Below the pieces are notes generated by a model. The model had not been told where the DNA came from and ran no database searches. It saw nothing but the letters and a program-made list of their open reading frames with translations. Shown here one piece after another: positions 9,543 to 18,587 of a stretch of DNA of 32,000 nucleotides (positions are counted from its first letter, which is position 1; each line of letters opens with the position of its first letter). The translations under genes were made by a program, and so were the position numbers. This DNA is from Paramicrosporidium saccamoebae KSL3. Lineage: Eukaryota > Fungi > Cryptomycota. Location: positions 22,015 through 54,014 of the forward strand of contig MTSL01000178.1 in NCBI GenBank assembly GCA_002794465.1, read 5' to 3'.

Positions 9543-10760
9543 ATGTCAGCATCACTTTTGGGAGGAAACAGCGGCAACTCGATTAACATCCGTCGCGACG
9601 TGCAGGATGCCTTTTATCGCTACAAAATGCCGCGATTACAGAGTAAAATTGAGGGAAAGGGCAACGGAATCAAGACGGTGGTGCCGAATATGGTGGACAT
9701 TGGAAAGGCGTTGGGTCGACCAGCTGCGTACATTACAAAGTTCTTTGGAGCCGAGTTGGGCGCATTATCGACATGCGACGAAAAGGCAGCCAAATACATT
9801 ATCAACGGGGTGCATGATGCAGAAAAGCTGCAGACGCTGTTGGATGTGTTCATTGCCAAGTTTGTGCTATGTCCCAACTGCGACAACCCCGAGACGGTTC
9901 TGAGTGTCAGCAAAAAGGACGGCACTGTGTTCCGTACATGTCAGGCGTGTGGTCATCGTGCCACCGTTGATATCCTGCACAAACTGTGTTCCTACATCCG
10001 GGCTAATCCGCCCCCCAAGCCTGCAAAGAAGACACAGGCCAAGGATCGTGCCGACGAGGCGTCAGAAATGACCGGAATGGGAAGCACTCCCACCGGCGAT
10101 CAAATCGATGGAATGATTGTCCCAGAAGACTTTGATGATACTCTTCACGATGCTCCCACCAATGTGGATGAGGACGATTGGGATGAGGAGACGGCGGCTG
10201 CTTTGCGGGCTGATGAACTCTCCCGATTGAGTGAAAATGTGCGTCAGAAATTGTCGTTGGAGGAGACGGGTGAGGAGGGACTGAAGAAGGAAGAGGTAAA
10301 GGTGAGCAGGACGGACGAGTTAATGGATGCGCTTGATCGTTTCGGCGACTGGCTCAGCACCCAACCCGACAATGCTGCCATCCTGAATGAGGTGGAGGAG
10401 CGCAATATTCGGGCTGACAAGGCGGTAGTGGTGTTGGTGCAAGTTTTATTTGCCGACGACTTTATCCGTACCCTCAAGACGCGCATGTCCCTTTTGCAAA
10501 AGTTGGTGTCGAGCGAAAAGGAACAAAAGGCTCTATTGGGGGCCGTGGAGCGTCTCGTGGGTGTTGTCAATCCCTCCTTACTCGCCAAAACTTCCATGAT
10601 CCTTCAGACCCTCTACAGCAGTGATCTGCTCGATGAAGACGTTCTAGTGGAATGGCAGGGTAAGTTGTCTAAAAAGTATGTTTCCAAAGAAGTTGCTCTA
10701 CAAGTGCGGTCCCAGGCCCAACCATTCTTCGATTGGTTGGATACTGCCTCTTCAGATTAA
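9543..10760 (+). CDS. TIF5: Translation initiation factor eIF5, 405 aa
   Basis: Motifs INIRRDVQDAFYRYKMP, EGKGNGIKTV, zinc ligands CPNCDNPET/CQACG, and a W2 domain ending PFFDWL. Confidence 0.95.
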   Translation: MSASLLGGNSGNSINIRRDVQDAFYRYKMPRLQSKIEGKGNGIKTVVPNMVDIGKALGRPAAYITKFFGAELGALSTCDEKAAKYIINGVHDAEKLQTLLDVFIAKFVLCPNCDNPETVLSVSKKDGTVFRTCQACGHRATVDILHKLCSYIRANPPPKPAKKTQAKDRADEASEMTGMGSTPTGDQIDGMIVPEDFDDTLHDAPTNVDEDDWDEETAAALRADELSRLSENVRQKLSLEETGEEGLKKEEVKVSRTDELMDALDRFGDWLSTQPDNAAILNEVEERNIRADKAVVVLVQVLFADDFIRTLKTRMSLLQKLVSSEKEQKALLGAVERLVGVVNPSLLAKTSMILQTLYSSDLLDEDVLVEWQGKLSKKYVSKEVALQVRSQAQPFFDWLDTASSD

Positions 10761-11016
10761 AGACGTGCATTATTGAATAAATGTAACATTGGAGTGTTGG
10801 AGGGGGGTGGATTCAGATTGTTGGAGTGGGTGTATTTAGGTGGCTACTGAAGAGTTAGTAATGGAATCCTTTTTATTGGGGTTTCTGATCCGTAGCTATA
10901 CCATCTCACAGCTATTGTGTTTCAGAGGTGGGTTGGATCATGTTTGCATTGCTTAATTACATTTGCATTTTATTTGTTGGTTTGCATCCACTCGAGAGGC
11001 TCTACTCACTCTTATT

Positions 11017-14000
11017 TCACAGACCGTGAAAGGATTGTCGTTCTATGGTGGAGTACTGATTGGAATCTTTCCCAACTCGCCAGTAATAATCAGCACACTC
11101 GTGACGCCCCAACGAATCCACAAACTCCTCATCGTGCGTAATGACAATTAGTTGAAAGTTGCCCTGTTGACCACGCATCTTGATAATATCAACAAGCGAG
11201 CTGGCCAACGATTCAATGTTGTCGCGATCCAGATTGGTGGTGGGCTCATCCAATGCAATCACTCCGCAATGTTGTCCAAATGTCTCAGCCAACGCCAATC
11301 GGATAATCAGCGACGCCAATACGCGCTGTCCCGCACTGCTGCGACCTCGCATGTCCAGTTCCGTGTCACCCTTCAACATCACCACCCGGTAATTATATGA
11401 ACGTCCTCCCACTCCCTCTTGATCCGCCCGGATCTCAATCGTATCAATATCGGCGCCTTGGTATGTTGAAGTCCAAATCTCCCGGATAATTCGGTTCACT
11501 TCGCCCATCTTGTGGGCATGGAACTGCATGATCGCCTGGTCCAGTGCCTTGGAATACTTTTCCAAATCTTCAATGGCCAACGTTGTGGCATTGAAGCGCA
11601 CAAATTGATCCCGATAATTTTCCTCGATGGAGCGGTAATCAGTGGACAGTTCATTCTGTAAACGCTCGTTTTGATCCTGCAGCTGTCGTATTTCACCAAA
11701 GATCCCCGAGCGCTCTCCCAACAACTCGCAGTGGCGCAATTCATGGCGCTGTAGACTGCTGTTGGCTGATTGGCAATCAAACGTCCCCAACTTTGAAGTG
11801 AGCTCTGTCATTTGCATTTTTGTCGTCGTCAGTCTTTTTTCCAGTTCGCGGTACTTTAAGTTGTCTCGAATGTTGCGTTCCTCAACAACCGCCTCGCTAG
11901 TTGCCTTAGAGAAGACGGCTATCTGTTCATTAATCTTGTCCAATTCACTCTGCTGTTCCGTCAAAAGAGCTTGAATTTGCTCCTTGTCATGGCGAAGCAT
12001 CTCTAACATATCTACACTACAGCTATCCTCCATCTTTTCGACTTCGTTGTGGATGGAGCAATATTCGCGGTTTGACTGCTCTACTTTTATCCACCTGGCA
12101 TTTGCATCAGCTTCTTTGACAGAGTTTTCATTTTGCAGCTTGTTCAATCTATCTTGATGTACACTCAAATCCAATGTCCAACGCTCCAATTCGGCCTCGG
12201 TCAGAGCAATTTCCTCCCTAGCGGTCTGTATCGATTGTTCCAGTTCACTCTTGGTTTGCTCCCAACGAATCGACTCGGATTGCTTCAACTGAATCTTCAT
12301 TATTTGCTCTTTGATATCACGAAATCTCCCCTCTCTGGATTGCAAATCGGCCCGTCGGCATTTCATCTCGTTGCTAATGTGCTCCATTTCTTTCGCAATA
12401 CTCTGGCTCTCCCGTTGCAATTCACTCTGCCGTTCTTGGATCCCATCAATATCACCACTTACGCCCCCGATCCGCATCTCATTCTCCAAACTGTCCACAT
12501 CCGACTGCAAGAACCCAATTTCCCTCTGAATCTTTCCCATCTCTTCAGTACGCTTCTTCAAAGATGACGTCTTTTTCTCCTCTAACACTGCAGTAGACAG
12601 CTCCGATGCAATATCGTCAAAAGCAGCCTGGGCATGATCCTTTCCGTTCTCAAGAATCTTTAACTCGTTTGCAAGTTCAGGCAATTCCACCAGCTTGAGA
12701 CGGTCAACGTCGTCACTGGTGCTTCTCAGTCCTTTCAGCTCGGCCAATTTCGCTTCCAAGTTGCGCTTTCTATTTTCAATTTCAAGAGTCTTTTCGGGAA
12801 TGTTGGATATGAAGCTAGCCAACTAAACATTAAAATCAAGTTAGCGAGCTTACCTTTCGCGTAAACAGCTCTTCGTCCATTTTAGAATCAAATCCTCGTT
12901 CACACAAGGGACAATTCTTACCTTTCAAGAATGTGGAATTAAAGGCTTCATAAGTGGCCTTTGATGCAAGCGAGAGCGTAATCTCGGAACACGCCAAATT
13001 ATAGTCCGCCTCTAACTCCGCCAAATGCATTCCAAAATCTTCCCTTCCACAAACTTGCTCCAGTTTGCGCATTTTTTCATTCAACTCTGTCTCTTTCCGA
13101 GAATATAGCGCCTGCGCGTGTTCATGTTTAGATCGTTCAAATGAACTGGTGTGCAATAATTTTTCATTTCTCTCTTGAATGGCTTTCAGGGCCTGCTCCT
13201 TTTCCCTCCAGATCCGTTCACCCTCGCACTCGGCATCTTCGATGGCCACTGCGCTCTCTGCAAACACTTCCAATTCGGATTTAATATCATTGAAAATTTT
13301 GTGAACCATCTCATTCTTTCGCTCTAGCTCACCCTTCTTCAATTGTAACTTGGCACGGACTTGGGAAAATTTCGTGGAGGAGGCGATCTGATTGTTAATC
13401 TCTTGGACTTTTTCGTCTACCTCTTTCCGCTTTTGGGCAAGGACTTCCAGACGCTCCTCATAATTGGCACCCAAGAAGAGCGTACGGCTTGAATTTAGCA
13501 CGCCTTCATCCTCCAACAAGCGTAATTGCAGCTCATCCAGCTGATCCCTGGCCGAAGACACGGTGCTAATTTGATCGATTGTAGTGGCAAGCTTCATCTG
13601 GTGTTCCTCCATAGATCGCTTCTTCATTCGCTTGGTCTCTGTTAGCGATGATACCTTGGTGCCCGTGTGCTGGATCTTTTGCCTCAGGGCGTCTTCTTCT
13701 TCCCTAATTTCCTTTTGCAGCAGGCTCCACGAATCCTTCATGGTCTGCATCTTTTCACTTGCAAGGGTAGATGATTGCACAAGACTGTCTCCCATGGGAA
13801 TTTCAAGCTCTGAACACAGTGATGCCAGCAGAACAGTCCTTTTCGCCTTTTTGTCGGTCAAACGAGACAGTTCCGCTTCCATAATACCGGCTTCTGTCAA
13901 TTTTGTTGATAGAGCCCGACTCTGGTCCGAAATGGCGGCCTCAATATGTTGACGCTTCTTCTGCATCTCTGCGAGTCCGCTTTCACTAGTCCTTGTTCGC

Positions 14001-14935
14001 TGCAAGTGCTGGTCCAGGAGCACCTGCAGGATTTCGTCATTCTCAGACATAATACATAGGCCCTGCAAGAGATCATTCTGGCTCTGTTCGGTAACTTTCA
14101 TGTCATGCTGCATTCTTTCCAGCTCCGCATGAAGATCACTTAGTCGCTTCAGGTCATCTGTCAGCTTTTCAATAGCCGCATTGACCAGCGTCATCTGTGC
14201 CTCTATTGCTTCAATCCTCGCTCTACCCTCTTCCCTCCTCACCAGATTCCTTTCAACCTCCAACCGCACCTTTCCTGCCTTTTCTTTGTCGCTCCGCAGG
14301 AAATCGAGCTTTTGCTGCTCCAATTTCAGTTCGGCCGCCAGATCCTTCCTTAACCCTTTCAATGTATCAAGCGCCTTAGTATAGCGGGTGGCAGCAAAAA
14401 TGTCGTCGAATTTCTTCTTTAGGATGCTGGGTTCGGAGAGCGGCCAGAAGGACTCTTCCTGATGACAAAAGAGTACATTCTCGAGGACCGCACGGGATAC
14501 GCCCAACTGCAACGGTACTTCTGCATCCATCTCGGCGCATCGACTAGAGATGCTCACCTGCTCGCCAGTCTGCAAGTCTGTCGTCGCCAAAACGCTCTCT
14601 AATGTTTTCTGTTCCAATTTCGTCTTCTTCTGGGTGGATTGCATGGAACGAGTGCATACCATGGTCTGGCCTCGCACATTCTTAAACTTGAGCTTGATCT
14701 GACCTTTCACCTCTGCCTCCCGGGATACCTTGGGGTCATGCACAAATGCGCCTCCCTTTGCATTAGGCGGCAAATCACCAGTGGTTGCGTATTTGAGACA
14801 TTCAATAATCGTCGTCTTGCCCGCGCCATTTTGTCCCACGATAATGGTGAGGGGTGTGTAGAATTCAATGACACTCTCATTGTAGGGTGAGAAGGACCTG
14901 ATGCCACGAATGAGGAGTTTGTCGAAAGAGGACAT
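11017..14935 (-). CDS. RAD50: DNA repair ATPase Rad50, about 1295 aa, 2 exons (14935-12854, 12822-11017); alternative ATG at 14941
   Basis: MSSFDKLLIRGIRSF, Walker A IVGQNGAGKTTIIECLKYATTG, FCHQEES.WPLSEP, coiled coils, zinc hook CPLCERGF, MRGRSSAGQ and Walker B IALDEPTTNLD. 31-nt intron 12853-12823 (GTAAGC...GCTAAC...TTTAG). Confidence 0.96.
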
Positions 14936-14939
14936 GCCC

Positions 14940-15439
14940 ATGTCGGAGTCACCTGGTGGTCTATACGGGGAGGCGTCTGGCGATTTACCCAATGAGCCAT
15001 CCAGTGGTTTACCTAGTGAGCCATCTAATGAAACGTCCAACAACCTACCTAGAGAATCACCCAACACCTCACTCAACACGCCACTCCACACACCACCACC
15101 CACGAATGAACGCGTGGTCATTTGGTTTAGGGCGACGGGAAATGCACCGATACTGAAGCAGAGCAAGTTTAAAATTTCAGCAGAACAGCGGTTTGTGGCA
15201 GTGGTCGAATTTTTAAGGAGACAACTTCGTTTTGGGGAAAAGGACCCATTAGTACAATGAGGGTTAGTGTGTCATGCTGTAGTTTTTATATTTGAACAGT
15301 GCATTCTCGCCTGCTCCAGACGAGCCCGTGTCCAATCTCTATTCAGTATAGTCTCTCCCTGTCTATCGCTAAACACTAGTGCTTTAATGTGGATGGGATG
15401 TTGATAGTAAATTACAGCGTAACTGCAGCATGGGGATAA
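14940..15439 (+). CDS. ATG12: Ubiquitin-like autophagy modifier Atg12, about 144 aa, 3 exons (14940-15251, 15283-15345, 15380-15439); alternative ATG at 14934
   Basis: Spliced product reads VVIWFRATGNAPILKQSKFKIS...FLRRQL...|FLYLNSAFSPAPDEPVSNLYS|CFNVDGMLIVNYSVTAAWG*, ending in the conjugating Gly. Introns 15252-15282 (31 nt) and 15346-15379 (34 nt). Confidence 0.92.
14979..15098 (+). repeat. 12/24-nt coding repeats in the Atg12 N-terminus
   Basis: ggcgatttacccaatgagccatcc / agtggtttacctagtgagccatct / aacaacctacctagagaatcaccc, then aacacctcactc / aacacgccactc (GDLPNEPS, SGLPSEPS, NNLPRESP, NTSL, NTPL). Confidence 0.7.
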
Positions 15440-15473
15440 ATTGTATAAACTGTAGCTAGACTTGCATTGCATG

Positions 15474-17067
15474 TTATTTCAGTAACGAAGCCACTACGGA
15501 ACGGACATTCATTTTCCGCAAATCAGTATAAGTCTGTCCCACACCGACAAACAGAATGGGCGCATTGGCAATATAAGTCATGGAGATGGCAGCGCCAACC
15601 TTGTCGTCGATAGTGTCAAACTTTGTCAGCAGGATTCCGTCAATGCGAGCTACCTCTCCGCTGGCATAATCACAAAGGGCCCCGTTGAATTTCTTCAGCT
15701 GATCGACAGCTTCGTTGCCAACAAGCGCCTCGCCCACAAAAATGAGCTTATGGGGACGATTGGTATAGACGAGCTTGGCAAGAGCGGCCATCAAAGGGGC
15801 ATTTCCTTGCATCCGACCGGCCGTATCAATCATGACAACATCAAATCCCTCAGTCTTGGCATAGGCAATCGCCTCCTTGGAGATTGCCGCAGCATCCTTC
15901 CCATAGCCGCGCTCATAAAGCTGGAGTTGAGCGGGATCCCGTCCAACCGACAGATTGCGAACATGTGTTCTGAGCTGTTCCACGGCGCCGGAGCGGAATG
16001 TATCGCCTGCAACAATGAGAATGCGAAGTTTGTTTTGCAACAGCCAGAAGCACACCTTTGAGAGATTTGTTGACTTTCCCACTCCATTGACACCAATAAA
16101 CGCCATCACATAGGGTCGAGTCGTTCTTTTGATGTCTTCTAGGAGATCAGCTCCAGCCTTGGGCATCAGGATCCGTGAAACGGCAGTCTCAGTAGCATCG
16201 CGCACCATTTGTGCTACGGTGCGAAAGGTCCCCGTCTTCTTGCCAATCAGACTATCTGCAACCGAACTGCAAATCATCTCGGCGACTTCGGCCGCCACGT
16301 TCTTTTGTGTAAGATGTTCTTTCATATGGGCCTGTGCTGTTTGAAGATCGGTCCTCGTAATCTCCTTTTGTCCAGTGATATTGTCAAAGTACCTCCAGAT
16401 GCCAGTCTTGGGTTCAGCTTCCTTTGGTTCTTCTTCAAAATCCCATTCCATAAGCTCGGAATAGTCTTTTCCGTCTCCGACCACAGAAGATGGTGTGGGT
16501 GTGAGACATTCAGAGGAGACACCTTTATCCGAGCTCAAGTCAAGATCATTCAGCGCCTCCTTGCTGACTTTGTCTCCCCAGTCGCGTTTCTGTTTTCCCT
16601 TCTTGCCCTCCCCAGCAGCAAGCACCTTGGTCTCGGGAGTGCGGGTTTTTGTACGTCGCTCTTCCCGAGACTTTTCCTCCACTTTGCTACTAATCAGCCG
16701 GAACGGTCCGTCAAATTCATCAATGGACTGATAGTCTGTGATACGGTCCCGGTATGTCCGCGCCCAATACATTTTGACTTGCTCCAAAAGTGTGGGAACA
16801 TAGGTCAGTGGGAGTATTTTTTGATATGCAGCCTAGAGAGATGAATGCATGCTGGTAGCAAAGTACCAAGAACGCCAGTCCGAGCTCATGATTAATTGTC
16901 CAGTGTGTCTCTAGCGACCCCACAATCATCGACGTCCCAGCAAGCGACGTCTCAATAATATTCTCTCTCACCACTCGTGCTATCAATGCCTCATGCTCCT
17001 CCTTTAGCGGCTTCAAAGTCCATAAAACTAGACCACCAGTGGTCAGTACGACAAACAAGTCAAGCAT
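15474..17067 (-). CDS. SRP101: Signal recognition particle receptor alpha subunit, 519 aa, 2 exons (17067-16867, 16832-15474)
   Basis: Longin N-terminus MLDLFVVLTTGGLVLW. NG-domain motifs GVNGVGKSTNLSK, DTFRSGAVEQL, DTAGRMQ and TKFDTIDDKVGA. 34-nt intron 16866-16833. Confidence 0.95.
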
Positions 17068-17083
17068 CGCCCTGGACACTGTT

Positions 17084-18214
17084 ATGGAGCATCTAACAAG
17101 TATGGCAGCGTCGGCCAGTGAGGAACTTGTTACATTGGATGCAGCATCCTTAGGCCCACCAGCGGTGGTACTGGCCACGGCAGGCTATGACCACACGATA
17201 CGTTTCTGGGATGTCGTCCGCAGTTCCTGCATTGGCACCCTGCAGCATAACGAGTCACAGGCCAATTGCATGGCTCTGACACGGGACAAGCTGCGGCTGG
17301 CAGTGGGCGGGAATCCTGCCATTAGACTCTTTGACACTGTTGCAGCCACACAACTGACTGAGGAGGGCGTCGTCAACACCACCGCCAATGTCCCTCCCTT
17401 GCACGTCTTTGAGGGCCACATTGGAAACGTCGTGGCCCTTGGCTTCCATACTGATGGCGATTGGCTTTGGAGCGCTAGTGAGGATGGGACTGTCCGAATA
17501 TGGGACATTACCAGTCCCGAATATTTGTGCCAGCGCGAAATCAGTCTCGGATGCACTATTACAAGCGCAGCCATATCACCCTCACAAACTGAATTGTATG
17601 TGGCCGATCAGAACGGACGGGTGAGAGTATGGGATCTTGCCTCCAACACATCGCTGTTGGAGCAGTATGTGGAGGAGGGGGTCCAGCTCCGTTGCATTAG
17701 TCTTTCCCAAGATGGAAATCACATGGCATGCATTGATCATGCGGGACGACTCCATCTTTGGCGGATAGCCGTCACCACAGCGGAAGACGAAGATGCCACT
17801 TTGCTTTCTTTGCACCATTTATGCACGGTGCAGGCACACGAACAATATGGTCTTAAATGTCTATTCAGTCCTGATTCAAGTTTCATCCTCACCACCTCGT
17901 CGGATTCTACTGCGCGATTGTGGAGGATCACTGATCCCCGTCTGCTCACTGGATCGAATGGCAGTCTCAATAGGAGTTTCACAGAGCTCTCCGAGCCGCA
18001 AGTCTTGCTAGAATTGGCCCAGACATTTGAAGGACACAGCAAGTGGGTATGGGACTGCGCCTTTTCGGCCGACTCGGCCTACGTTGTGACGACGTCATCC
18101 GACAACACAGCCCGTCTATGGGACGTAAGCACCGCAGAGACTATCGCAATCTATGCTGGCCACAGCAAAGCAGTCACATGTCTTGTTCTCAACGACCTCC
18201 CCCATCTCCAATAA
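17084..18214 (+). CDS. LST8: TOR complex subunit LST8 (WD40), 376 aa; alternative ATG at 17102
   Basis: VVLATAGYDHTIRFW...QH.ESQ.N, FEGHIGNV.ALGF, SEDGTVRIWD, and GHSKWVWDCAFSADSAYVVTTSSD.TARLW. Confidence 0.93.
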   Translation: MEHLTSMAASASEELVTLDAASLGPPAVVLATAGYDHTIRFWDVVRSSCIGTLQHNESQANCMALTRDKLRLAVGGNPAIRLFDTVAATQLTEEGVVNTTANVPPLHVFEGHIGNVVALGFHTDGDWLWSASEDGTVRIWDITSPEYLCQREISLGCTITSAAISPSQTELYVADQNGRVRVWDLASNTSLLEQYVEEGVQLRCISLSQDGNHMACIDHAGRLHLWRIAVTTAEDEDATLLSLHHLCTVQAHEQYGLKCLFSPDSSFILTTSSDSTARLWRITDPRLLTGSNGSLNRSFTELSEPQVLLELAQTFEGHSKWVWDCAFSADSAYVVTTSSDNTARLWDVSTAETIAIYAGHSKAVTCLVLNDLPHLQ

Positions 18215-18376
18215 ATGTATATATTTTGTGTGAGTATATATGTGATGTAAAAGATTGACTAGCCGGGTATCTGAGAATATAAGTGTGACTAAGTGGACCG
18301 ATTAACTGGGTATTGGAGGATTATTAAGTTATTTGTGAGGCCAAAGATAGGTCATGGGATTAACAGTGAACAAGCC

Positions 18377-18436
18377 CTCGTCTCGTCTCATCTTGTCTCG
18401 CCTCGCCTCATCTCATCTCATCTCACCTCGCCTCAT
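18377..18436. repeat. Degenerate pentanucleotide microsatellite (CTCRY)12 upstream of BRO1
   Basis: ctcgt ctcgt ctcat cttgt ctcgc ctcgc ctcat ctcat ctcat ctcac ctcgc ctcat, followed by a C run. Confidence 0.85.
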
Positions 18437-18500
18437 CTCCCCCCCTTCCGCCTGACTTGGTCCATGGTATTTACCTTGGTACGCGACATAGGTGCGGTCT

Positions 18501-18508
18501 ATTATAAA
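18501..18508 (+). promoter_or_regulatory. Possible TATA box (ATTATAAA) about 85 nt upstream of the BRO1 ATG
   Basis: Motif match and position only. Confidence 0.3.
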
Positions 18509-18587
18509 GGGCCTTTATTTTCAACCCCAGAATTCTAGTTTTGTATTTATTACCGGACTGACCAATTAGGGCAGTGACCTCGAGGTG

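Noticed and set aside
10761-11016. Possible small RNA or ORF in the 256-nt eIF5-RAD50 gap (short TAGCTGT/ATAGCTA hairpin)
   Set aside because: Only a 7-bp hairpin, with no Sm site, H/ACA, C/D or tRNA features recognisable.
11322-11352. RAD50 signature reads MRGRSSAGQ rather than MRGRCSAGQ
   Set aside because: A single conservative change; the signature Ser, Walker A/B motifs and zinc hook are intact.
14942-15166. N-terminal extension of RAD50 in the ORF track
   Set aside because: It is antisense to the repeat-rich ATG12 exon 1, and the conserved Rad50 N-terminus begins at MSSFDKL.
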